A stretch of DNA of 64,000 nt from an uncultured cyanobacterium (GTDB lineage Bacteria; Cyanobacteriota; Cyanobacteriia; CAKZMO01): the NCBI GenBank assembly GCA_963719515.1, contig CAVRCJ010000015.1, positions 32,001-96,000 of the forward strand, given 5' to 3'. Of this stretch, positions 38,512 through 49,391 are shown in pieces (within the stretch, counting starts at the first letter, position 1; each line of letters begins with the position of its first letter). Made by a program: the position numbers and the translations under genes. Below the pieces are notes generated by a model. That model did no database searches. It saw only the letters and a program-made list of their open reading frames with translations, and was not told the origin of the DNA.

Positions 38512-39150
38512 GTGTCTACAACTAATCCTCTCATTCTGGGCGTTACCGGGGCCTCTGGCCTGATTTACGCCGTCCGCGCCGTCAAGTTTCTGCTGCAGGC
38601 CGACTATGCCGTTGAGCTAGTGGCCTCAAAGTCTGCCTACATGGTGTGGCAAGCCGAAGATGGGGTTCGGATGCCCGTCGAGGCTGAGCAGCAAGAGCAG
38701 TTTTGGCGGGAGCAGGCTGGGGGGGAGACCGCAGGTAAGCTCCACTGTCATCCCTGGGGAGACGTGGGGGCCTCCATCGCCAGCGGCTCTTTTCCAACGC
38801 AGGGAATGCTAATCATGCCCTGCAGCATGAGTACCGTGGCCAAGATCGCCAACGGACTCAGCTCCGATTTGCTGGAGCGAGCGGCAGATGTGCAGCTTAA
38901 GGAAGAAGGGAGACGGCTGGTTGTTGTGCCTCGGGAAACGCCTTTTAGCCTGATTCACCTGCGGAATTTGACGAGGCTGGCTGAGGCGGGCGTGCGCATT
39001 GTTCCGGCAATTCCCGCGTGGTACCACCATCCCCAAACCATAGATGACTTAGTTGACTTCGTGGTGGCGAGAGCGTTAGATCAGTTCGACATCAACTGTG
39101 TCCCTCTCAATCGATGGCAGGGTCATTTAGAGGCTGACACTCAGCGATAA
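38512..39150 (+). CDS. ubiX: Flavin prenyltransferase UbiX
   Basis: GVTGASG, ASIASGS, PCSMST, LLERAADVQLKE and PRETP. Confidence 0.95.
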   Translation: MSTTNPLILGVTGASGLIYAVRAVKFLLQADYAVELVASKSAYMVWQAEDGVRMPVEAEQQEQFWREQAGGETAGKLHCHPWGDVGASIASGSFPTQGMLIMPCSMSTVAKIANGLSSDLLERAADVQLKEEGRRLVVVPRETPFSLIHLRNLTRLAEAGVRIVPAIPAWYHHPQTIDDLVDFVVARALDQFDINCVPLNRWQGHLEADTQR

Positions 39151-39238
39151 GATTCACCGATGGGCCAATATAGTAGTTGAGGGGACGTCAGGAACTGGGG
39201 AAGAGCGTCGCCAATCAGTCGCAATTTGGAAAACAGCC

Positions 39239-40800
39239 ATGGCGCTACTCGTTGGTCTACTGATTCTAATTGCTCTGGCAGCCTTTGCAGTGGAGAATTG
39301 GTCTCCGGCAGTGCCGCTAGTCATTTTGGGGACGCAGACGACGGCGCTGCCTATGGCCCTTTGGGTGATTGGCGCGCTGCTGGCTGGAGCGCTTACGGTG
39401 CTAGCGATCGCCGCCCTGCTGCAGCTGATCAGCTCTCCCAATGGACCGCGCCCTCCCCGAGGTGATCGCTACGGCGACGAGGACCGGCAGCGTTATGTGG
39501 TGGACCCGCCTCCAGACGATCGCGGGCCGTCGCGCTGGGCCAATCGGGCCAACCCCTATGTGGATGAAGTCCGGGCGGTCGATGTTCAAGACGATTACGG
39601 AGAGGAGTCCTTGGGCCAGGACGAGGTATATCGCTCTTTTGCTGATAGAGGAAAATCAACGGACTCGATGCCCCAAAGTGACAGCTGGGATAGTTTTGTT
39701 CAACCCCGGCAGGACTGGGGCGACTGGGAAACAGAGCCTCGCCGCTCGCAGTTCTCCCAAGGCGATCGCAGTCAGCGGCCCCGTGAGCAGGGCTACCGCA
39801 GCGAGCAATATCGCGACGAAGGATACCGTAACAGCCAAGTGCTAGAGGTCACCCCCATTGACGTGAGGCCCGTCACTGAGAACGATCGCGATCGCCAAGA
39901 TGGCGGCGACGAGGCAGGCTGGAACGACTGGAATGGCTACGAAGAGCCCGCGCCTCCCTCAACTCCAACTATCAATAGGCCTCGAGGCTACGATCCTTCC
40001 CCCCTGTCCGTGAGCCCCGCGAAACTTACCGGGCTGCTTCTGTTCAATATGAGGAGCCCCGGTACGAGGAGCCCCGGTACGAAGAGCCGCGGTACGAGGA
40101 GCCGCAGTACGAGGAGCCGCAGTACGAGGAGCCGCAGTACGAGACAGAGGACGAGGAAGGGTTCAGCTCAGGCTATGGCGCTGAATCCGCCTATGAGCCG
40201 CCCTACGAACCCGCTAGCTCTCGCTACGCGGATAGTCGTACTGGCGGCGATCGCGCCCGCAATGATAGTCCTACTGACGATCCCGTCAGCAAAGCTGACA
40301 CCGATTACGAAGACTACATCGTCGACCTGGGCAGCGAGGAGGAAATCGACCAGTTCACCCTGAAAACTCCGCGCCAGAGGGCCGGAGCCAACTTCAACCA
40401 GGATGAGAGTAGCGCAGCTGCCGGCAGCGCTGACGAAGAGGACTGGGACGATTGGGAGGACGACTCGCCGAGCGATTCCACCCCTGCAGATGCTCCGCCT
40501 CTACGAGATATTGTTGAGATACCGGCAAAGCCCAAAGCCGTCTCCCGCTCAGGTTCAATTTATTCCTATCGCTACCGCAACGATGAGCCGCAAGAGCCGA
40601 TCATAGAGACAAGCGTCGACCCCTTAGAAGAGCTTGACTCAGCCCGCGCCCTAGACGACTCTGACACAAGCTTTGGCGACACTGACGATAGCGCTGAGGT
40701 CCCTTCTGATCCCGATTCGGGGAGTCCCCGCCGCATCTTCACGCCCCCCTATCGCCCAGACCCACCTAGCTCCAACATTTCAAGCCCTGACCCGACATGA
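39239..40800 (+). pseudogene. LapA-family membrane protein with long acidic tail, frameshifted at the C6 run 39999-40004
   Basis: LapA-like N-terminal hairpin. Adding one C joins it to a frame containing the EEP(R/Q)Y repeats, DWDDW and SGSIYSYRYR, which ends in a TGA (40798-40800) overlapping the trhO ATG. Confidence 0.75.
40051..40140 (+). repeat. 6 x 15 bp coding tandem repeat (EEPRY/EEPQY)
   Basis: GAGGAGCCCCGGTAC x2, GAAGAGCCGCGGTAC, GAGGAGCCGCAGTAC x3. Confidence 0.9.
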
Positions 40801-41639
40801 CGAGCGTGCTGATTGTCAGTTTCTACAAATTTATCTCCTTGTCCGACTACGCTGAGCAGCAGGAAAAGCTGCTCGACGTCTGTGAGATTCATGGCGTTAA
40901 AGGAACCATCTTGCTGGCGGAAGAAGGCATCAACGGCACAATCGCTGGGGCTCCTCTTGATGTGAGGGCTGTACTAGCTCATCTACGGGCAGACCCTCGA
41001 TTCAAAGATCTAGAGCACAAGGAGGCTGACGCTTCAGCGCCGCCGTTTGAGCGGCTGAAAGTGCGGCTGAAGACTGAATTAGTTCCTTTAGGAATTGAAA
41101 CTGACCCAGAGGAGGCAGGCATCTACGTATCGCCAGAGCGCTGGAATCAGCTGATCCAAGATCCGGAGGTGGTGCTGATTGACACGCGCAACGAATATGA
41201 GGTAGCGATCGGCAGCTTTAAGGGAGCTCTCAATCCCGACATTGCTTCGTTTCGTGAGTTCCCTCAGTATGCTGAGCAACACCTTGACCCGGCCCAGCAT
41301 CGCAAGGTCGCTATGTTTTGCACCGGGGGAATTCGCTGCGAGAAGGCGACAGCTTTTCTGCGACGGCGAGGGTTTGATGAGGTGTATCACCTAAAGGGCG
41401 GCATCTTGGCGTATCTGAATCAGGTGCCGGAGGGGGAAAGTCTGTGGGATGGGGAATGCTTTGTGTTTGACCAGCGGGTGGCGGTAGCTCATAGGCTACA
41501 GCCAGGGACGCATGTGCTGTGCTACGCCTGCGGTAATCCGGTATCGCTAGAGGAGCAATCTTCCCCGAAGTATGAACCGGCGGTGAGCTGTCCGCGCTGT
41601 TATCACCACGAAAGGCGATCGCAGTCCCTAGAACCGTGA
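40797..41639 (+). CDS. trhO: Rhodanese-domain tRNA uridine(34) hydroxylase TrhO
   Basis: FYKF, GTILLAEEGINGT, IDTRNEYE..IG.F.GA, FCTGGIRCEKA and W.GECFVFD.R. Confidence 0.92.
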   Translation: MTSVLIVSFYKFISLSDYAEQQEKLLDVCEIHGVKGTILLAEEGINGTIAGAPLDVRAVLAHLRADPRFKDLEHKEADASAPPFERLKVRLKTELVPLGIETDPEEAGIYVSPERWNQLIQDPEVVLIDTRNEYEVAIGSFKGALNPDIASFREFPQYAEQHLDPAQHRKVAMFCTGGIRCEKATAFLRRRGFDEVYHLKGGILAYLNQVPEGESLWDGECFVFDQRVAVAHRLQPGTHVLCYACGNPVSLEEQSSPKYEPAVSCPRCYHHERRSQSLEP

Positions 41640-41732
41640 GAATTCATTCCACCGGTATGGTTCGACAATAGACAAAGCGGTGGCATAAGCGCGTTCGGTA
41701 AGCTGCGGAGATGGGAGCGATCGCCTGCTAGC

Positions 41733-42692
41733 CTATTTTTTGACTCGCCGCTTAAAAGATTTAGCAGAAACGACGATTTTCTCGGCGATGGCAAAACCAA
41801 AAACTCTCTCTAGAACCTTATACGAAATTGTTCTATTAGAGCCCTTTGGTCTGAACTCCGGCGAGAGTTCGAGAGCGGCTTCCAGATAAGTCTTGTACTT
41901 TGACCTATCTAAATCAAGGTAACTTCGTGCGGTTTGAAAAAGAAATTGTGCTGTTGCCTCCTTATATACAGGGGTGAGTCTCCCTTGAGAAATTAGCTCG
42001 TGCTTATGCTTCTCGAGAATTCTGATACGGTTTTCTAGATGCCTCTCCTTGGAAGAAGTTGAAACTGTACAATCACCGTAGCGTCTGTAGACTGAATAAC
42101 AACCAGGTTGATATTCGACTTTGGCACCACTCACTGCTGCCGCCAAGAAGAAGTCTTTGTCCTGTCCCGAGGTCAAGCTTTCGTCCCATCCTCCTATGGC
42201 CTCGACAGTAGAGCGGTCAAACAAGATACATGCAGGCGAAACCCACCAACCTGATAGAAGCGCAGCTAAAATATCTTGATGATACCCAGAGACTTCAACC
42301 TTACCTAGTTCAACTTTACCGTTGGGATAGTGGTGCTGGTGCTGCCAGTCTCCATAAACAACGTCTGCACTAGTCCTCTGCAGATATTCAACTTGATGCT
42401 GAATTTTTTCAGGGTGCAGATAATCATCAGCGTCTAGATATTGAATGTACTTTCCAGCGGAAAGAGAAAATCCAAGATTGCGTGCATGGTTGCCTCCTCT
42501 ATTAGCTCCCGTTCTCCAAGTAATCCTATCGCCGTACTTTTTGATAATATCCAGTGAGGTATCTGTTGAGCCATCGTCAATCACGATAACTTCGAGTGGA
42601 TTATATTTCTGTCCAAGAGCGCTTTCAATAGCTTCTTGAATCCACTTCTCTGCGTTGTAGCAAGGAATTATAATGGAAATTAGGGGTTGCAT
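41733..42692 (-). CDS. Glycosyltransferase family 2
   Basis: ISIIIPCYNA, VIDDGSTD, ARNLG, YLDADD and GGWDESL...QD. Confidence 0.93.
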   Translation of the reverse strand: MQPLISIIIPCYNAEKWIQEAIESALGQKYNPLEVIVIDDGSTDTSLDIIKKYGDRITWRTGANRGGNHARNLGFSLSAGKYIQYLDADDYLHPEKIQHQVEYLQRTSADVVYGDWQHQHHYPNGKVELGKVEVSGYHQDILAALLSGWWVSPACILFDRSTVEAIGGWDESLTSGQDKDFFLAAAVSGAKVEYQPGCYSVYRRYGDCTVSTSSKERHLENRIRILEKHKHELISQGRLTPVYKEATAQFLFQTARSYLDLDRSKYKTYLEAALELSPEFRPKGSNRTISYKVLERVFGFAIAEKIVVSAKSFKRRVKK

Positions 42693-43204
42693 TCGTATTG
42701 TATATTCGAGTCTAGATGTTAGCGATAAAGCGGCTTATATAGTGTATAGGTAGTGCAAAAAAGCGAGAGATACTTCTCAGCAAGATGCACATAATGCTCC
42801 GACTAATGTTTGACCGGATAAAGGTCGCAGCAGAGTCACCCTAAATACGGCATGCTCGGACTGTGAACAGCAGGTAGAAGTATTCATGAAGACCGCATTT
42901 AATGAGAGATTGCATGCCGACTTGCGTTTAATTACCCAAAATCATAGTAAGCGCTCAGTGCAGTGTTCGACTAGCGGTGCTGGAGGATGGTCGAGAGACA
43001 CCAACAGTAAGTCTTTTACACTGAAGACTTGAGCAAAAGCCCAATTGCATAATCGACATCGGGCTTCCAGACCTCTGCTGCTTGAGTGACCCGCAGTCTA
43101 CATGCTTCCACCACGAATATAGCTGGCTTTGCCCTTTATGTCACGAAGGCAACAGGACTAAACAAAGGTTTCACCATTCAGCGCAGTGAGCGCTTCGGTT
43201 AACT

Positions 43205-43708
43205 GGTAGTCCTGAAGATGTAAAGATGCATTGTAGTGACGGATAAAGTGCCAGATAGCACCGATGTGGTACTCCAGCTTCTTCGAGAATGACAGCGTCT
43301 TGCGCACCGGCCGTGAAACCCGCTGACGCTAGGTGCAGTTGAAGCGCTCTATGCGGTTGGTCTTGCCGCTCTCCTTGCCGACCGCCTGGCGGCTGCTGGG
43401 ATATTTCGTAGGCCTCCCAGAAATCAGTGTCCACAGCGCACTGTCGGTAGAGCATAGGCAACGAGCGTCACAGTGCCCTTAATCCGGCTCGGCTGCGGTC
43501 CCCGATGTGGACACCGACAATCTCACGGCTCTCCTCATCGACGGCAAGCCAAATCCACTGCCTGTTGCCTTTGTCGCCTACGAACGACCACGCTTCGTCG
43601 CACTGTAGCGTCAGCCGCCCTTTTTGGTCTGGCGCTGAGCTGCCGGGGAACAGTTGCTCTCCAATCACCAAGCCTCTCAAGCTCCATCCTTATCAGTTAT
43701 GGACTACC
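43205..43708 (-). mobile_element. Degenerate, internally deleted IS1-family element
   Basis: InsB fragments (QCDEAWSFVG.K....WIWLA; TDFWEAY; GKESGKTNRIERFN) are broken by stops and shifts. Imperfect inverted ends start GGTAGTCC at 43205 and, on the other strand, at 43708. Confidence 0.85.
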
Positions 43709-43780
43709 GTTGCTAGCTACTCAAATCTGGCTGATTGGCATTTCGGTACAAAAGCTAGGGCATTCTTCCAGCTGAAACGG

Positions 43781-43822
43781 AAAAGCCCTACTCAAAGCGA
43801 CAGTAACTGCCTTAAGTAGGGC
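43781..43822 (-). terminator. Putative intrinsic terminator downstream of the site-2 protease gene
   Basis: Minus-strand stem GCCCTACTTAAGGC/GCTTTGAGTAGGGC (two G-U pairs) followed by TTTT. Confidence 0.55.
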
Positions 43823-43944
43823 CTGTATAAAAGCTCGTAGGGTTTAATCTTCTTCTGAGAATAAAATTGCTATGCTTCGGGATACGCTGCCAAAAGTCGT
43901 TCTGCGTTTCAGCGCAACGGGTAGCCTTTCCTTTTTACTTGACT

Positions 43945-45105
43945 CTATCTAACGACTTCTTCCAGCTTTGTAGTTTCGTCGCCATCCTCATCTGCCTTTA
44001 AGCGATTGAATACCGACTCCCGCTCCAAAATGCCTACGACCTCATCTCGATCGCTCATCACTACAATAGTATGCACGGCTTCATCCGATAGCTTCGGCAG
44101 CACGTCGATCAGTAGCTCGCCCGCAGGGACCTGGGGTAGCGCAACCGGATGCATCAGCTCTCGTACCGGCACATCCCACCAGTTCATTGTCGGCACCGTC
44201 TTAATATCGTCTACCGCAATCTCTCCCAGCAGGTGGCGATCGCCATCTACTACCAGATACTTTTTCCAGGGAGTCGCGCTACCGATCAAATGCTGATTGG
44301 CAAACTCCCGCAGCGATAGATCTGCGGCGACGACAGGGCTAGGCTCATAAATAGCATCCGCCGCCGTTAGGCCGCTGAGCTGCTCCTGCACGGCAGCCGA
44401 CTGAGCCGAACGCCCGGCGTTCTGCAGCAGAAACCAGCCAATTAGCAGGGTCCAGGGGCTACCGATGAGAGAGACGCCAAACTGCTCGGTGATGCCGAAA
44501 ATAGCGTTCGCACCCAGGGCAATCCCTAGCCAGCCAAAGACCTGACCCACGCGGCTGGCAAAGGCAATTCCTTTGTAAGGTTTGCCGGTAATTTTCCAGA
44601 CGATGGACTTGAGCACATTACCGCCATCAAGGGGCAGCCCAGGAATGAGGTTAAAGATGCCCAGCACAAGGTTGATGTAGGCCAGCAGGCTGATAATCGC
44701 CGCTAGCGGACCTGAAATAGAGGTGAGTAGACCGACGCCGGCAAATAGGCCAAAGAGCACAAAGCTCACCAAAGGGCCTGAGATGGCTACCCAGAAGGCC
44801 CCCCCCGGCGTTTTAGACTCTTCGCCCAGGCTGGCGATCCCGCCAAAAATAAATAGCGTAATCGACTTGACTTCGATGCCCTGACGCATCGCGGCGGCGC
44901 TGTGCCCTAGCTCATGGAGCAGCACCGAGCCAAACATCAGCAGCGCCGTCACCATTCCTAACAGTAAAGGCACAGCGCCGCCGAGCTGATACATCGCTGA
45001 TAGGTCGCTGCTGTAAAACAGCGTCACCAGTCCAAACACAATAAACCAGGACGGATTAATGAAAAACGGAATTCCAAACAGATTTCCGACTCGAATGCTG
45101 CTCAT
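43945..45105 (-). CDS. Site-2 protease (M50) with CBS domains
   Basis: HELGH, FIFGG, GPLVS and FNLIPGLPLDGG, plus a C-terminal CBS pair. Confidence 0.93.
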   Translation of the reverse strand: MSSIRVGNLFGIPFFINPSWFIVFGLVTLFYSSDLSAMYQLGGAVPLLLGMVTALLMFGSVLLHELGHSAAAMRQGIEVKSITLFIFGGIASLGEESKTPGGAFWVAISGPLVSFVLFGLFAGVGLLTSISGPLAAIISLLAYINLVLGIFNLIPGLPLDGGNVLKSIVWKITGKPYKGIAFASRVGQVFGWLGIALGANAIFGITEQFGVSLIGSPWTLLIGWFLLQNAGRSAQSAAVQEQLSGLTAADAIYEPSPVVAADLSLREFANQHLIGSATPWKKYLVVDGDRHLLGEIAVDDIKTVPTMNWWDVPVRELMHPVALPQVPAGELLIDVLPKLSDEAVHTIVVMSDRDEVVGILERESVFNRLKADEDGDETTKLEEVVR

Positions 45106-45348
45106 TGCTTACCTCGCGGCCTCAACATAGATCGGATCAGGCTGCAGCTGGGAATGTTTCAGTATCTCTGCTCTATCCCACCGCATCTAGACCTTATTTC
45201 TAGGTTAATGGAATTTCTGGCGGCAGGGATCGTAAAATCACGCCCTGCAGCTGCCGGAAAACCGCCGCAGACGCAGCGGCACTTTCGCCTTAGCAGCGGC
45301 GACGGGGCCTCCAAAGAGCCACGGGAGCGGGGCAGACTCAATTTAGCG

Positions 45349-45651
45349 TTATTGAGGGCGACGCTTAGAGCGGCGGCGTTTAGAGCGGCGGCTTCCAAAA
45401 CGAGGCCTGGGCTGATGACGGAGCTGGGCTACCGCAAACCCCGCCATGATGATCAAAATTAGGTCAACTGCAAGAATCTGTAGGATGTAGGTTTGCGTGG
45501 TTGCTGGGTCGGGGCAGGCGATCGAGGCCTCCAAACTACAAAAGAAAGCGTTGAGAACGACCCAGGGCAAGGTTCCCAAAATCCACAGTAGAACAGCAGC
45601 TAAAAACGAAACTAGGGCTAGGGACATGGGCAGCATCTTTGCGGGCAGCAT
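45349..45651 (-). CDS. Small hypothetical membrane protein
   Basis: Two hydrophobic segments and a basic tail; co-oriented downstream of proB. Confidence 0.5.
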   Translation of the reverse strand: MLPAKMLPMSLALVSFLAAVLLWILGTLPWVVLNAFFCSLEASIACPDPATTQTYILQILAVDLILIIMAGFAVAQLRHQPRPRFGSRRSKRRRSKRRPQ

Positions 45652-45691
45652 CTCAACAAACTACCACAACCCAACTACCACACCACATTGA

Positions 45692-46798
45692 TCATCCCGC
45701 AGTCAACATCAGATTGTCCCGGTGTACCACCGTATCTTCCCCTTGATACCCCAAAATCTGGGAGATGTCCTGCGATCGCCGCCCTATAATTTGCTGCAGG
45801 TCGCCGCTGCTGTAGTTGACGATGCCCCGGCCCACCTCTTGTCCGGCTGGGTCGCACAGCTGCACCGCATCCTCTTTCTGAAATTCCCCCTCAATTTCCG
45901 TAATGCCCGCCGCTAGCAGCGACTTACCTCGCTCCCGCACCGCCGTAATTGCCCCAGCATCGAGGTAGAGCTTCCCTGCCGCCACGAGGCCATGGGCAAT
46001 CCAACGCTTGCGAGCGGTGGCGGGGCGAGGGCGGGGAGCAAACTGGGTGCCTAGGGTCTCACCGGCTAAAATCCGGGGCAGGTTTTGAGGCGATCGCCCC
46101 TCGGTGATCACTACCCGCACCCCGGCCTCAGTGGCGATGCGGGCCGCAGAAATTTTGGTGGCCATGCCCCCGGTGCCCCAGTCAGAGACGCGATCGCCGA
46201 TGCTGACCTGGCTGGTGAGATCGTCGATGGTATCTACTAGGTGGATAGGCTTGGCGTCGGGGTGATAGCGGGGGTCGGCGGAGTAGAGGCGATCGACGTC
46301 TGTCAAAATAAACAGCCAGTCGGCCTCGATCAAGCTGGCCACCAAGGCTGAGAGGGTGTCGTTGTCGCCAAACTTAATTTCATCTACGGCCACCGTGTCG
46401 TTTTCGTTGACGATGGGCACTATTCCCAATTTCAGCAGCTGGCTAAAGGTACGGTAGGCGTTGACGTAGCGGCTGCGCTGCACCAAATCGCTGCGGGTGA
46501 GCAGCACCTGGGCGATGGGCTGGTTGAGGGTGGTAAACCAGTCGTCGTACACGCGCATGAGGCGGCCCTGTCCCACGGCGGCTACGGCCTGCTTCATGGC
46601 CATGGTTTTGGGCCGCTCCGTTAGCCCCAGCCGGCTGCACCCCACCCCCACCGCCCCAGAAGACACCAGCACCACCCGATGCCCTTCCTGCCGCAGCTGG
46701 GTCAAAGTTTCCACTAAGGTGGCGATCGCCGACAGCGCCAGATTTCCATTGGGGCGCGTCAGGCTTGAGGTGCCAATTTTGATAACTAGGGTGGCCAT
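45692..46798 (-). CDS. proB: Glutamate 5-kinase
   Basis: [41 protein letters not shown] and a PUA domain. Confidence 0.97.
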   Translation of the reverse strand: MATLVIKIGTSSLTRPNGNLALSAIATLVETLTQLRQEGHRVVLVSSGAVGVGCSRLGLTERPKTMAMKQAVAAVGQGRLMRVYDDWFTTLNQPIAQVLLTRSDLVQRSRYVNAYRTFSQLLKLGIVPIVNENDTVAVDEIKFGDNDTLSALVASLIEADWLFILTDVDRLYSADPRYHPDAKPIHLVDTIDDLTSQVSIGDRVSDWGTGGMATKISAARIATEAGVRVVITEGRSPQNLPRILAGETLGTQFAPRPRPATARKRWIAHGLVAAGKLYLDAGAITAVRERGKSLLAAGITEIEGEFQKEDAVQLCDPAGQEVGRGIVNYSSGDLQQIIGRRSQDISQILGYQGEDTVVHRDNLMLTAG

Positions 46799-46801
46799 AG
46801 C

Positions 46802-47314
46802 TCAGAGGGAGACGCCTAAGCGCTTAGAAATCCAGACTTCCGCAGCGTGGATGGGGCGCAAGGTGGCCTCCTGAGCCGGATCGACCATCGGGTCTACCAA
46901 AATGGTGAATAGCCCCAGACGGTTGCCCGCCAGCACGTCGGTAAATAGGCGATCGCCTACCATGGCGACATGCTTCTTCGGCAGGCCCATGTCAGCGGCG
47001 GCCCGCTTTAGCTTACGGCGAGAGGGCTTACGAGCTGCAGAGATGTAGGGCAGATCGAGAGCTTCGGCAATTCGCTTAATGCGAACGGTGCTGGTGTTGT
47101 TGCTCACCAGCCATAACGAGACCAAAGGTCGCACCTCCTCTGCCCAAGCCTCTAGCTCTGGGGAAACGTCGGCGGCGCTAAAGGGCACCAAAGTCTCATC
47201 GACGTCAAGAATCATGCCCAGAAGGCCGTGCTGCTCGATTACCTCAGGGGTGAGGCCTAAAATGGAGCGCTTGAGCACCAGGTCGGGTTGAAGCAGAGAG
47301 CCGAGGTTCAACAT
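46802..47314 (-). CDS. yqeG: YqeG-family HAD IIIA phosphatase
   Basis: LDVDETLV, LVSNN, ARKP and VGDRLFTDVLAGNRLG. Start set at ATG 47314. Confidence 0.9.
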   Translation of the reverse strand: MLNLGSLLQPDLVLKRSILGLTPEVIEQHGLLGMILDVDETLVPFSAADVSPELEAWAEEVRPLVSLWLVSNNTSTVRIKRIAEALDLPYISAARKPSRRKLKRAAADMGLPKKHVAMVGDRLFTDVLAGNRLGLFTILVDPMVDPAQEATLRPIHAAEVWISKRLGVSL

Positions 47315-47357
47315 GGAAAACAGCCTGGCAGTAAGCAGGGCAAAACAATAGATAGGT

Positions 47358-48575
47358 CTAGTCAGCAGCGCTACCGGAGTCTTCTGAAGCAGCGCTATTG
47401 GGGTTTGATGAGCGAGTCTCCGTGCCTGGCGCTTCAGTCGCTGGGGCAACCGGCTGTCGGCCCTGATCAACGCGATCGCGAATTTGCCCTTGGGCGCGCT
47501 GGTGCTCGGCCAGGGTGCGGCTAAAGACGTGGGTGCCGTCGTATCGGGCTACGAAGTACAGAAACTCGGTATCGGGGGGATCAAGAGAAGACTCCAGGCT
47601 GGCGATGCCGGGATTGGAAATAGGGCCGGGGGGTAGCCCGGCATTGACGTAGGTGTTGTAGGGGGAGTCGGTTTCCACTTCCGCGTAGGTGAGGGGCCGC
47701 TCAGGGGTCTGGCGAATGCCCAGGGCATATTCCACGGTGGGGTCGGCCCCCAAAGGAATGCCTTCCTCTAAGCGGCGGGCAAACACGGCGGCAATGACGT
47801 CCCGCTCGTCGTCTACCACCGACTCCCGCTCCACGATGCTCGCCAGGGTCACCCACTCCAGCAGAGAGTAGGCGCTGTTGGACTGCTGATAGGCCGGCAG
47901 CGCCAGCTCCTCAAACCGCTGCAGCATCTGGCGAATGACCTGCTCGGGGGTGACGCCCTCGGCGGTCACGTAGGTGTCGGGGTAAAGGAACCCCTCAAAC
48001 TGCTGCTCGGGCTGGCTATAGCTCTCTTTAGGGAGCCAGGGAAACTCTGCGGGGTCCACCTGCCGTAGAGCTTCACGCACCTCGGCTTCGCTCCCCAAAT
48101 CCTGTTCTACGAAGTAGGCCACGATGTCCGCCACCGACCACCCCTCCGGAATGGTGAGGCTACCCACCACCACCTCGCCCCGCCAAATCTGCTCGGCGAT
48201 CGCCTCCATAGGCTGATTGGAAGCAATCTGGTAAGTGCCCGCTAAAAAACCCCCGTCTCGGCCCTGCAAAGACTGCATCCGGGTCCACAGGTTCCAGGCG
48301 GCAGGAGAGCGAATGATGCCGAGCCGAGTGAGATCTAGGCCGATTTGCTGGGCTGAGGTTCCCGGCTCAATTTCGACCCGGACCAAAGCCTCTCCGCCCA
48401 GGTTTGAACCTTCGTCCGGATCTAGGCCTGGATCGGCGTCCAAATCTTCGCTGGGGCGCTCGGCCTGGGCATTTGTGGCCCAGCTCCACCAGCTCCAGCC
48501 CTGCCACCCGCTCAACCCCAAGGCCACAGGCAGGATAATCAAATAAAACAGTCCTTTGACGATACCGGATAGCAT
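47358..48575 (-). CDS. mltG: Endolytic transglycosylase MltG
   Basis: TIPEG, EGFLYPDTY, LASIVERE, ADPTVEY, SPYNTY...GLPPGPISNPG and LYFVA. Start uncertain. Confidence 0.93.
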   Translation of the reverse strand: MLSGIVKGLFYLIILPVALGLSGWQGWSWWSWATNAQAERPSEDLDADPGLDPDEGSNLGGEALVRVEIEPGTSAQQIGLDLTRLGIIRSPAAWNLWTRMQSLQGRDGGFLAGTYQIASNQPMEAIAEQIWRGEVVVGSLTIPEGWSVADIVAYFVEQDLGSEAEVREALRQVDPAEFPWLPKESYSQPEQQFEGFLYPDTYVTAEGVTPEQVIRQMLQRFEELALPAYQQSNSAYSLLEWVTLASIVERESVVDDERDVIAAVFARRLEEGIPLGADPTVEYALGIRQTPERPLTYAEVETDSPYNTYVNAGLPPGPISNPGIASLESSLDPPDTEFLYFVARYDGTHVFSRTLAEHQRAQGQIRDRVDQGRQPVAPATEAPGTETRSSNPNSAASEDSGSAAD

Positions 48576-48674
48576 AGCGGCTCGGAGTAGCGGGGGGTAG
48601 AGAACAGACTGGAGGAGAATGACAGGCTGTGCCCGTACAGAATTCACCCAGCACAACAGCGACAAGGGCTGAGC

Positions 48675-49256
48675 TTACAGATCGTCAAACAGCTTGTCTT
48701 CGAGCTGGGGACGCATGGTCTGAAACTCTTCTGGGCTGAGCAGCTCCGGCTCGCCGTTCTCCTTCACGCGGGCAAAAATTAGCAGCGGGTCAGTGGGCGT
48801 ACAAATCGAGTACTTTTGCTCTTTGTAGTAAAAGTCCGACAGCAGCTGTAGCTGCTCAGGAGCCATGTCGTCCTCATCGTCCTCACCCAAATCCAGAGTG
48901 ATTAAGCTCTCGTCATCGGGCTGAGGCAGCTCCCCGGTAGCGGTCAGGGTTAAGGCCGTGCGCTCTAGGGTCATGTCCTGCTCGGCCAAAACGGCGCGGG
49001 CGGTGGGAAAGACCTCGTCGAGCTCTTCGTCTGGGATGTCCAGCAGCGTCTCGTCCTCGTCGTCGCCCTCATCCCAGGCAAAAATTTCGATAGGGATATT
49101 GACGGGCATCAACAGGACGTATTCCTGGTCGTCAATATCGATGGAATGCTCCACGTAGCAGGGAAGCGATCGCCCTGATTCATCTGCCAGCACCACAACC
49201 TCCGGGTTGGGGTTGAGGAGATTATCGCTGTTCTCGTTAACACTGTCCTTGGCCAT
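48675..49256 (-). CDS. DUF3727/DUF1292 cyanobacterial acidic protein
   Basis: DESGRSLPCYVEHS, Y.LL.P...PIEIFAW and A.AVLAE..M.L.RTA.TLT..GELP. AGGGAAGG upstream of ATG 49256. Confidence 0.82.
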   Translation of the reverse strand: MAKDSVNENSDNLLNPNPEVVVLADESGRSLPCYVEHSIDIDDQEYVLLMPVNIPIEIFAWDEGDDEDETLLDIPDEELDEVFPTARAVLAEQDMTLERTALTLTATGELPQPDDESLITLDLGEDDEDDMAPEQLQLLSDFYYKEQKYSICTPTDPLLIFARVKENGEPELLSPEEFQTMRPQLEDKLFDDL

Positions 49257-49391
49257 AGCGCCTTCCCTTCTAAACTGATGCGGGCTGTACGGCCCCACGT
49301 TAACCTCATCTAGATTGGGAAACAGCGTCTCCGGCCAGACTTTGGTTTATGTGGATCTTATCAGTTTGTGACCGCCTCTTATTTTCTGGTT

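Noticed and set aside
40051..40140. CRISPR array (also considered 8067-8108 and 61989-62036)
   Set aside because: The units are contiguous with no unique spacers, are too short, and no cas genes are present.
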